Part shown: piece after piece, positions 53,580 through 64,000 of the stretch
Numbering within the stretch: the stretch's first letter is position 1
Layout: every line of letters begins with the position of its first letter
NCBI RefSeq assembly: GCF_006345805.1
Contig: NC_043009.1
Location: 49,848,001 to 49,912,000 of the forward strand
DNA from: Octopus sinensis
Lineage: Eukaryota
Length of the DNA: 64,000 bases
Reading direction: 5' to 3'
The notes under the pieces: generated by a model
What the model was told of the DNA's origin: nothing
The model's input: the letters and a program-made list of their open reading frames with translations, nothing else
The model's database searches: none
Position numbers and translations under genes: made by a program

Positions 53580-54260
53580 AATTTTGCTTATGTACTTTAT
53601 AGTATATTTCGGTGCAAAGGACTGTACCCTTGGCTCTGGTAGAAGCAACAAGACTGGTGAAATGAATATGGTTGATGTGTCTGTCAAACAACTTGATGAC
53701 ATCAACAGGAAAAGCTTGGACAATGAGAGTATTGTAGAGGATCAGTAATCTGAAAAGGAAGGACTGGGAAAGTTGGCTAGTGAGGATACTGTTTGGTCAG
53801 AAAGGGACAATAATAGGAGTACCTAAGTGGAGATGGCACATAATAAGCCAGCTTCAAGGAGCAGAAGCTACTATAGCAGCATTAGAAAAGGCAGCATTCG
53901 GAGACAGAATATGAGTCTGAGACTGGAATAAGTAAGCAAATGGCTTCACGTCAATCAGTTTGATGGTCCTTTTCCAGGATGTTATCAATAGTGTCTCTAT
54001 ATGTAGTAGTAGCAGTGCCCCAGATATAGGAACAGTATTCCATTTTCAGTCTCACTTGATTTTCTGTACAGTGTAAAACTATTCTGAACTGAAATATTTT
54101 CCATTCCAGAAGAGAAAGGCTAGTCTTAGTGATACAGTCAGTCTTTGTTATGTTGGAGACATAATTTTGACAGTGGAAATCCTCAGTGATGCTAAGGCTT
54201 AGCATTTGTTGTGTCTTTGAGGATTCTGGTTGTTTATGTTCAAGGTAGATTACAAACAAG
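53580..54260 (-). mobile_element. Degraded CR1/Jockey-like LINE RT C-terminal remnant
   Basis: ORF 53951-54259 contains QVRLKMEYCSYIWG, matching the Q(I/V)RPxMEYCSHIWG motif. Confidence 0.7.
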
Positions 54261-54412
54261 GTTTTATTGAAATGTGTAATGATGGTGTCATTGTGCTGTT
54301 GAAGGCAATAAGATTAGAATGACCCTAACATATGTTTATGACAGTTTTATGTATATCAGCCCATTCCATTTTTCCATCTCAAATTAATGCCATCATAGAA
54401 AACAGATATTAA

Positions 54413-54447
<35 letters not shown>

Positions 54448-55246
54448 AATGGTGATGATGATGAATTCATCTAAAACAGAAGGCTTTTCTAACAAATCTA
54501 CATAAAACCTCACAAAGATTTTGTATTTTCGAAGTTCTGCTCTCGCATAAACCAAAAATGCATCAAATCTTTAAAGAAAGATCATATTCAGAAACATATT
54601 TCAGTAACCTGTTCATAAAAGCATGGTTGATGGTTAACTCCAGGTATATCCTAGCTGAGTAAACCAATGATGAAATGCATTCCAAACTATGGCTATCCAG
54701 TTGTACCAAATATCAAAAGCTACACTATTATACTTCATTTTTAATTATAGTAAGGTGTAATTTGGAGATGTAGCTACTATTTCTAGCAGACTGTTTTTGC
54801 TTGTTGTTTTTATAGTAAGCAGTACTGAGTAAACAGTTTTCAAATCTCAGTACTTTTCCATGACCATTTTCTTTGAGAAAGACCTAAATCATATAACTCT
54901 CTACTGTACACCATCTAAAAGAAATGCGGAGATGAAATTTAAGCAAGAGATCATTACACTAAATATTGACTCTTCATTATCCTACAGCAATGGAAAACAA
55001 ACAAAAATCAGTTTTGAGAAAATAAATGGGAAAAAAACAAACCAAAACAGAGAAGATGCCTAGTCTGCTTCGCGTGACACAAAAGAGTATGTGCATGTAC
55101 ATGTAAGTATCCATGCATACGTGAGTAAGAATATATATTCATGCATGTGAGTGTATGTGTATCAATGCATGTGTACATATGTAAGCATGTAAATTTGTCA
55201 GTGTGTATGCAGACCTGTATGAATAAGGTGTTTATATAAGTATTTA

Positions 55247-55609
55247 TATCCGAACGTGGCCGTAGCCAGCGGCGCCCTGACTGGCTTCCGTGCCGGTGGC
55301 ACGTAAAAAGCACTATCCGACCGTGGCCATTGCCAGCTTCGTCTGGTCTCCGTGCCAGTGGCACGTAAAAAGCACCATCCGATCGTGGCCGTTTGCCAGC
55401 CTCGTCTGGCACCTGTGCCGGTGGCTCGTAAAAAGCACCCACTACACTCACGGAGTGGTTGGCGTTAGGAAGGACATCCAGCTGTAGAAACACTGCCAGA
55501 AAAGACTGGGCCTGGTGCAGCCTTCTGGCTTTCCAGACTCCGGTCGAATCATCCAACCCATGCTAGCATGGAAAGCGGACGTTAAACGATGATGATGATG
55601 ATGATGATG
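55247..55609 (+). mobile_element. Young family C copy with three modules
   Basis: CpG-rich, three gtgcc(g/a)gtggc(a/t)cgtaaaaagcac units, (GAT)n tail. Confidence 0.93.
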
Positions 55610-55612
55610 GTA

Positions 55613-55825
55613 TAGGGTGGCCCAAAAGTAGGTTTACAGTTATTCAACTATCTCTTTCGCATTCATACATTAACAGTTTAGATCTTAATTATAAAAAGGT
55701 ATGAAACAATTATTCTAAGGTAATTTAGTTAATTGCAAGATGGAAATTTAAATGTAATAAAATGTTTTTAAAACACCTTTAAAGTGCCTGCGTGATAACT
55801 GTAAACCTACTTTTGGGCCACCTTG
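55613..55825. mobile_element. Tc1/mariner-type MITE
   Basis: About 31-bp TIRs (t/c)a(g/a)ggtggcccaaaagtaggtttacagttat; TA TSD at 55611-55612 and 55826-55827. Confidence 0.92.
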
Positions 55826-56464
55826 TATGTAATACAATATTGTGTGTATGTATGCAGGAAAGTGTGTGTACATACATAAGCAAAAAAAAGCATATATACA
55901 CACATACACGCACACAAATGTTATGTGTATCATGAATCAGAATAACTTTGATAAATTTAAATATTACGAAGCCTAACTGTGGGTGAGGTAAGAATGTAAA
56001 CAAATCCCTAATATGCTTTTTATGGGGTGGGGGAGGATTGTCACCCAATGGATCATTTCATGGTTTGTTGAAAGCTCCTAGGGGACAATGTATCAGGTTT
56101 CATTCACAAATCAAGAGCACAGAAGATTCAAGTTCATGATATGGCAGTCATAAATTAGACTAGTACCATACTGAACAGCCTAATTTGCATATTTGTGCTT
56201 TTGGAGGCTGATCATTATTTTAAAAATATTTTTATGCACCACAGAGTGTAAATCAGAAGAGCAGAATACATTTATATATTACAAAACCTAACTGTGGGTA
56301 AAATAAGAATGTAAACACATCCCAGCAGTAGATGAGTGCACCTTTCAATATAAAGAATAGCAGTGCTCTGCTGGTGCTCTACGCTTATAAGTGTTCTATG
56401 TCAGTCTTCCAATATTTGACATCTAATGCAATTCTGGCTTTTAAAAAAGTAAGGTAGTCCACAA

Positions 56465-56813
56465 GGTACAGGAGTGGCTATGTGGTAAGAAGCTTGCTTC
56501 CTAACCACAAGGTTCCGGGTTCAGTCCCACTACTATAGACTTGGGCTTACCAAAGTCTTGTGAGTGGGTTTGGTATATGGAAACTGAAAGAAGCTCATCA
56601 TATATATATATTTGTGTGTATTTCTGTTTGTCCCCACCACCATCACTTGACAACCGATGTTGGTGTGTTTATGTCCCCATAACTTAGCAGTTCAGCAAAA
56701 GAGACTGATAGAATAAGAACTAGGCTTACAAAGAATAAGTCATGGGGTCAATTTGTTCGACTAAAGGCAGTGCTGCAGAATGGCTGCAGTCAAATGACTA
56801 AAAGAATAAAAGA

Positions 56814-56815
<2 letters not shown>
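56465..56815 (+). mobile_element. SINE family A with internal deletion
   Basis: Head and tail match family A; the ggcaccttgggcaagtgtc segment is missing. Confidence 0.88.
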
Positions 56816-56850
<35 letters not shown>

Positions 56851-58664
56851 GACACAAACAAATGTATATATGCTTTTGTGTGTGTGTATGTACTTACATA
56901 TATGCTTGTATGTATATATACATAAACATATAAACATGCATGTGTATATACATGTATAGATGTACACATACATATGTATATACATATTTAATATATCTTT
57001 ATTATCACTGTCACTTAGTGTCAGTATTTCATACTTTATTGGTTAATGAGTATTTTTATATAAATATATAAATTTTTAATGCTTATGAATTTAATATATA
57101 TAAACTTTTGAGATATATTTAATATACATATTATATATATTTAATATCCATAACTATATAATATTACGCATACATAAACACATGAATTAGTATGTATGAA
57201 TGTGAGTATATGCATAATCTGTGCAGAATACAAGTATATGTAATATGTATATGTAACCTGGAGATGAGAGGTGAACAGCTTTGTTCCATGAGAATGAGAT
57301 TTAAAACCAATTGAATCACAGAGTATAAGACATTAAGAAAGAGGGAGAGAGAGAGAAAAATGTGGAGAAGTTAGAATTTAACTGTAGAAGAGGAGAATGA
57401 AGAGAAAATAAGGTGGAAGGGTGTAAGCAAAGAAGTGGGGGCGATGTCTTTGCCTTCTTCACTGGAACATGAGTATGTTTGTGCCCATATGCATTGAAAA
57501 GATTAAAGATAGTTTCGAAAAATCTTGAAAATATTGGTAATTGGTCACAGACCGTGGAACTAAAGTGGTTGCCTTTCCACTGCTGATATGACATCAAAAG
57601 CTTCCTGACTGACTTCACTTTGTTCTCTCTCAAGAATCCTCTACCCACTCCTCCCATAAACCTAAAGCCACCTCCTTTACTTCTCAACAGAGAGCAGTGC
57701 ACAGTCTGCTCACTTTCAAGCTCCCATCGTTGCTAGCTTTTCTTCTGCTCTTCTCAAGTGATCCAAAAGATGAGTACATGAGAGAGAGAGAGAGAGAGAA
57801 GGGAAGAGAGAGAGAGAGGAGTGAGAAATGCAGAGAGGGAAATAGAAAGGAAGAATGCAGGTAGTATGTGTAAGTAGGAGGAGGGTATTTCTTCTGTTCT
57901 AAGGCCATACATACTGCCAAAATCCCAATTGTCTGTCAAGAGCTGATTTGTCAGAATAGACTCCATCTGTGATCCAGAACTGATTTTTATAACTATTCAA
58001 AAGAATCTACAAATAAAGAACAAGCTTTGTACATGTCATCCAGACCATCAGACTGAAACTTGTCAACTTAAAAACTACTCCTTCCTTCAACATCTAGCCT
58101 CATTGACTTCTATCATGTCATTGTCAAAGCAATGCTACTCCAATGTACCCACTCCCGACACACACTCCTACAATGTTCTGCTCACAGACATCACCTAAAG
58201 ATTTTTGTTAATTTAGACCTACCTTCTCTCCAACTACTTCATAGACTTATAAATGCTAGCACTTGATATCTCTCCACTGAGCTATCTATGAACCTTACCC
58301 ACACACATATCCTCATAGAAAATTCAAATTCTTTGTCCAACCAGAATCTCATGAAGACTCATTAGTTGGTTACTGATAAAATCAGAGAAATCATTTCTTG
58401 GGAAATGACAATCTCAGAACAACTGGAAGAAGAAGAGGAAGAAAAAAATGCACAAAAACAAAAACAAAAAAAAACTAGAATTTCGTCTACTTCTTAGTGT
58501 GATGATGTAAGGTGGAACATGATAAACAAGTATAATATTCACACCAAGATCTATCAACCTCCTTGTCTCTTACATTTATTTGTAACTATCATCAAATATT
58601 ACATATTTGCAAGTGATTTTATGGAAAGAACCAAAAGCTCTTTAGCAGATAAGAATCAAAGAGT

Positions 58665-59125
58665 GAAAGATGCTACTGACCGTTTTAGAAAACTTGATAG
58701 CTGGAGCTAACAACTTAGAAAAACTCAACAGGTGGAAGTGGTAATTTAACTGTTGGAACTGATAACTTTACAAAACATAACACTTTAGAAAAGTTAAAAG
58801 CTGGATCTGGTAATTTCAGAAAATGTAAGAGATAGGGCTGGCAATTTCAGAAAAGTTAGAGGCTGGGCATTACAAAAATTTCTTAGAAGGAGTAGCAACT
58901 TCAAAAAAGGAGGTGTCAAAGGTAGTTAGCAACTTTAGAAAACTTAGTTGACAACTATGTTAGAAAATAACAAAAAATTGGTGACTGCAATGTCCAACAT
59001 ATACTATTTTGTTTTAAATAAAAACTTCTTCATTAGTTAGTAGATGGTGCTGATAACATTAGAAAACTTACTAAATGGAAATGGAAACATTAGAAGACAT
59101 AACTGACTGAACTGGCAATGTTTTT
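58665..59125. repeat. Degenerate about 30-bp minisatellite
   Basis: Recurrent g(c/a)tgga(g/a)ctggtaa(c/t)tttagaaaacttaac-like units. Confidence 0.7.
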
Positions 59126-59770
59126 AGTTAACTGAGGTAGAAACTTTTTGGTCGAATGAGGTGGCAGTTCAAAAGCATATTCTATAGGAAACAGGAATTA
59201 ATTTCATTAATTCCTACAACAAAAAATAATCTAATAATCATATTTCTATACATCGTGTCAAAACTTTATTACTAAATAAATTAATACAAGTATCATAACA
59301 GCAAATGTTAGATAGAAGAATTTGAAACCTAAGCCCTCATTCCCTCACCTTATTAAACAAATATACAAATAAAAAATGAAATTCAATCTCAATGAGAAAC
59401 AGATGAGTGACATAAAACCAAACCAATAACTTACTGACGTAAATGAAATAATGAAACAAATTTTGGTGCTTATTTCTATGAGCTGGTAGTAGATTAAAGG
59501 ATCTACAAGTTTTTCTATTATGGTTTTAATAAGGGATATGAATTACAACAGTGTTTATGTCTGCACATGTCTGTGCATGTGTTTAGCAATGTGCTGTATT
59601 ATAATTTGATGACCTGAGATGCGTAACTTGAAATTAGTAGATACAGGATGAAACTTTATATATATTTATATATATCTATTGAACCTAAAATTTAAATTCT
59701 AACTTCAATGGAAAAATATGATTACATTTCAAGCATTAAAATAAATCAATAGCAAAAAAAGAAGTATTTT

Positions 59771-59810
59771 TAAAAATTAAATTGCAACTGGAGTTGCAAT
59801 TTAATTTTTA
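59771..59810. repeat. Perfect 19-bp inverted repeat with 2-nt spacer
   Basis: taaaaattaaattgcaact-gg-agttgcaatttaattttta. Confidence 0.95.
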
Positions 59811-60134
59811 TCATTCACCTCAATTCTTGTTCCATGGAAGTTCTATTCATGTCTATTTGAAATTTTAAAATTAATTTGAATAAAATTTGTCTGGATTTAA
59901 GTTTAGGTTTCCATATCACTATCATCGGTTAGAGAATTTTCCACTTGTTTCTTGGTAACTGTTTTTTTCCTTCTCCCAAGAAAACTGTGAAATTAATTAT
60001 GCTTAATTGTCTAATACATGCCTGATTTTCACTATGGCACTGTTGACAAATAGAAATGAATGTTGATGAAGAACTGACCCTAGGTAGCAGATGGTCTCAG
60101 CATACAATGATGTTACTTATTACATATGCACTGA

Positions 60135-60505
60135 AGGTGATGAGCTAGCAGAATCGTTTGCATGCCAGACAAAATCCTTAGCAGTATTTCATTTATCATT
60201 ATGTTTTGAGTTCAAATTCCACTGAGGTCAACTTTGATTTTCATCCTTTCAGATTCTATAAAAGAAGGACCAGTTGAGCACTGGGAATGATATAATCGAC
60301 TGACCCCAACCCTCAAACTTGCAGGCCTTGGGCCAAAATTTGAAACCTTTATTACAAATGCATGAAAGGTGACAAGCTTGCAGAATCATTAGCAGCATTT
60401 CTTCAGGTTTTACATTCTCAGTTCAAATTTCACTAAGGCCAATATAATCAGGTTGCCCTCTACTCCTAAATTTTCGGCCTTGTGTCAGTAGTAAAAAGAA
60501 TTATT
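60135..60505 (+). mobile_element. Two tandem older family B SINE copies
   Basis: aaggtgatgagctagcagaatc...gttcaaattccactgaggtcaac; second head at about 60367. Confidence 0.75.
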
Positions 60506-60841
60506 ACTTATACACATAGAGGCAAGAATGACCAAGTGGTTAAAAAGTTTGTGAGTGAAACTGGAAAGATGGAATGAGTGTGAAAGCTTGTTAGCAGGAA
60601 TTTATTTGCAATTCAAAGGGACAACTCCACAGCTCTAGGACAAGCTGTGTCATGCTGATTCGGCATGAGGATTAGATTTTACTGAGCTATGGAATACTCA
60701 GCTACTTCTATTTTAATTCAAGGATTAGGTAGATCCATTAACTGAACATCTAAAACACTCTCTGTAGAAATGGACAGCAGATAGTTAACATTTATATGCT
60801 GTATATGTGTGTGTGTATGAGTGTGTGTGTACGTATGTTTG

Positions 60842-60928
<87 letters not shown>

Positions 60929-61809
60929 AACAGAAAAGAATTGTCACTAGGTGGTTTATCCAAGAATAAAAAATACTCAAACAAGCAAAGATAATATCCT
61001 TTTCATGTACAGGGCTTCTGAAAGCCACCTAAAGTTTTGTTCCATAAGTCAAAATAGTGACTCACAGACAGAAGCATAGATGTAATATAGATATATAAAA
61101 CATCTTTTTAAGAGAGAACATTTCATTACTACTTAGCTTTTTTTCCCCTCTTCTTCCACGCCTTTTTCCTCTTAATATTTTAATGTCTGTCTCTGAAATT
61201 AAAATAATCTCTGAGAAAATGTAGTTAATGACTGCCAGGGGCCAATCACTAAACTGTGGAATTAATAAGGTTTCACTTAAGTAATATGGAACCTGTAAAA
61301 ATATGCAATTAATGAGTCTAAAGACAAGTCTTGTATCAAAATGTCTTTGAACAGGCACCAATGAAGCCAACGCTTCTCCTTTCTGTTCCAAGCCTACCAT
61401 GACTTCCACCCACCCATTGCATATAAAGTTTTGGTCTGATAAGAGAAAGAAAGCAAAAGTATGTTCGGAATTTTACTCATCAAAAGATTTATGAAGATAT
61501 AGTTTTATTGCGAAATTCGACTTGGGTTTAAGGCTGGGATGCCACAGGAATGGCAGGCATATTGCACTTACTATTAAGAAACCTCTGTGTGCTTACGTGC
61601 GTGTGTGAGTTTGTACATGTGTGAGTTTGTGTGTGTGTGAGTTTGTGTGTATGTGTGAGTTTGTGTGTATGTGTGTGTGTGTGTGTGTGTGTGGAAAGGT
61701 GACAGCAATTTATTTAGGGAGATTCATGTTGTCAAACTGAAGGAAAAATTGCTGAGGACAAATTGCAACCTAGGCTTCATTTCTGCTTGCAGAACTCCTA
61801 CTAGCATTA

Positions 61810-61995
61810 CTAATGATGAAGACGACAATGGTGATGCTACTGCTGTTGTTGATGATAATGACGATAAAGATGGTGATGACAGTGCTACAGTCGTTGATGA
61901 TGATAATGATAGTGATGATAATATGTTGGAAGGCAGCACTCCAGCAATGAGTGGTGGTAGTGATGATAAAGAAGAATGTGATGATGATCATAGTA

Positions 61996-62049
<54 letters not shown>

Positions 62050-62050
62050 A

Positions 62051-62090
<40 letters not shown>

Positions 62091-62106
62091 CATTATTATT
62101 ATTATA

Positions 62107-62147
<41 letters not shown>
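61810..62147. repeat. Degenerate (GAT)n grading into (GTT)n and (ATT)n
   Basis: Direct reading; source of the poly-D/C/Y/L pseudo-ORFs. Confidence 0.93.
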
Positions 62148-62148
<1 letters not shown>

Positions 62149-62360
62149 GGTGGTGAGCTAAAAGAATCATTAGCAAGCCGAGAAAAATGTACAGCACCAT
62201 TTTGTGCATCTTTACATTCACAGTTCAAATTCCACCGAAGTTGACTTTGCCTTTCATCCTTTCAGGGTCGATAGAATAAGTACCAGTTAAACACTAGAGT
62301 CAATGTAATTGTCTTATCCCCTCCCTGGAATTGCTGGCCTTGTGCCAAAATTTGAAATTA
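62148..62360 (+). mobile_element. Older family B SINE
   Basis: aggtggtgagct...gttgactttgcctttcatcctttcagggtcgata...ccttgtgccaaaatttgaa. Confidence 0.85.
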
Positions 62361-62384
62361 TTATTATTATCATTATTATTATTA

Positions 62385-62661
62385 TCTTTTTTTTTCTTCT
62401 TTCAAATTTGCTTCCATTTCTTGCCGAGTGTCTTCCTGACTCCTAGGGCAAAGAAACTCATAGTTTACATTGGTAAGCCATTAAACTAAACTCACTAGTT
62501 CGTTCATTTTTTTTTTTTTAAGTTAAATTAAAATACATGGGTAGTAATAGTTCTCACATCGACAATGCTCTTCTCAATACGTGTGATGTACCAGTTAAGA
62601 CAATATTTTGCACTTCTTGCAGGGATGGTAAGCCAGGGATCATTCTCATATAATTTTCGGT
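62385..62661 (-). mobile_element. 5'-truncated R4/Dong-like non-LTR retrotransposon 3' end in (TAA)n
   Basis: 62661-62554 translates TENYMRMIPGLPSLQEVQNIVLTGTSHVLRRALSM*, matching the R4-clade Q..VLxGT..(I/V)LR C-terminus; (ATT)n on both sides. Confidence 0.72.
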
Positions 62662-63054
62662 TATTATTATTACTATTATTATTATTATCATCATTATTAT
62701 TATTATTATTATTACTACTACTATCATTATTATTGGTATAACAGTTGTGATGAAAAGTGAAAGTACGAAGTTATAGCCCTAGACAGATCACATTGTGGTA
62801 GCTGTGATGGTGAAAATCAGTGGTGAACAGAGTCAAGAATATGGAACATGAAATTTAATCCTCATTAAAGAACTCTATAATTAACAGTGGGGTAACATGG
62901 AGTACACAACTGGGAGTCATTTGGTAATGATAATTTCTCTCTTCAATAACCTTTCCCTAAAGACACTGGGGCTGAAAGGTTATATTTCTTAATATTATTC
63001 ACATCGTACAGGTTTAATATCTACTGCAAAGACCCAGTTATGTTTTTTTCTAAT

Positions 63055-63402
63055 TCTTTTATCTTTTATTCTTTTACTTGTTTCAGTCATTTGATTGACT
63101 GCAGCCTTGCTGGAGCACTGCCTCAAAGGGTTTTAGTCAAAGCAAGCCGACCCCAGGCTTATTTTTAAGCTGAGTATTTATCAGTCTCTTTTTGCCAAAC
63201 CACTAAGGTACGGGACATAAACACACCAACACTGGTTGTCAAGCAGTGATGGGGGGACAAACACACAAACACACACAAAAGTACACACATACATACGATG
63301 GGCTTCTTTCAGTTTCCATCTACCAAATCCACTCACAAGGCTTTCATTGGCCTGAGGCTATGGTAGAAGGCACTTACCCAAGGCGTCATGCAGTGGGACT
63401 GA
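63055..63402 (-). mobile_element. 5'-truncated SINE family A
   Basis: Family A tail and centre; ends at gcagtgggactga. Confidence 0.88.
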
Positions 63403-63436
63403 CAAAATATCTATTATATCAATTATAGTCTCATGG

Positions 63437-63640
63437 ATGGTGTGAATTAGTGGTTGGAGGTGCTGGGCTCAGAAGCATTGGGTTGTTGGTTCAATTCTCA
63501 GATCGAACAACACATTGTGTCCTTGAGAAGACTCATCATTTAATGTTGCTCTAATTTACTCAGCTTCTGTTGAATTTAACCCCATGACAAACTGGTATCC
63601 TGTTCAGAAGGGATCTCTGTACTCTCAGTTGTCCAAATCT
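63437..63640 (+). mobile_element. Degraded SINE family D
   Basis: tagtggttggagg, ggttcaattc, gtgtccttgag, atgacaaactggtatcctgttcag. Confidence 0.6.
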
Positions 63641-64000
63641 AGTTAAGCTTCATATAGTTATAGGATTGAGGCAAATTTTAGACATCTTAGTCTATTTTCT
63701 TTAGTTCATTTTAACCCTTTCATGATCACGTTTATAATGAAATACATTTTTTGCTAGTTTCAGACAGTAGGTTCTGGATATACAAAGGCATCACCATAAT
63801 TGAATATAGGTTTTTAAAAATTTTTGAAGATAATTACTTTTCATATTAACCAAGAATTTGGTGAGGTTTAGTAAAATGATTGTTTGAATGACAACAAAAA
63901 TGGTTCTTACATCAAATCATAAAGAGAGATCTGAAATATGAACATTTTAAGATAAGACGTTTTTCTCACAGAACCAGAAGCAATCTCCAACGGATTAGTA

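Noticed and set aside
61665-62156. 163-aa acidic/Cys/Tyr-rich ORF
   Set aside because: Product of adjacent (GAT)n, (GTT)n and (ATT)n tracts

Overview
AT-rich, microsatellite-saturated eukaryotic non-coding DNA. The repeat complement (tRNA-headed SINEs, RTE LINE 3' ends, abundant (TA)n/(CA)n/(ATT)n/(GAT)n tracts) resembles an octopus-type cephalopod genome; this is inference from repeat style, not a database result. I find no credible host protein-coding exon, RNA gene or CRISPR array. The supplied ORFs are microsatellite or SINE read-throughs, except a few retrotransposon fragments (RTE, CR1/Jockey-like); an R4/Dong-like C-terminus was translated by hand. The window is probably part of a very large intron or gene desert. 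Most interesting signals: (1) several small elements next to TA-rich microsatellites combine long inverted arms or palindromes with hammerhead-ribozyme-like cores, two of them with palindromic stem III, suggesting a non-autonomous Penelope-like foldback family (best example 22155-22583); (2) a textbook branch point + polypyrimidine + AG|GTAAGT recursive-splice-like site on the minus strand at 42/43; (3) an R4/Dong-like element inserted in a (TAA)n tract; (4) modular SINEs that share a head but differ in tail; (5) TE-poor islands with candidate regulatory motifs. Family letters A-F are my own working labels. Boundaries of degraded repeats are approximate and identities were judged by eye.
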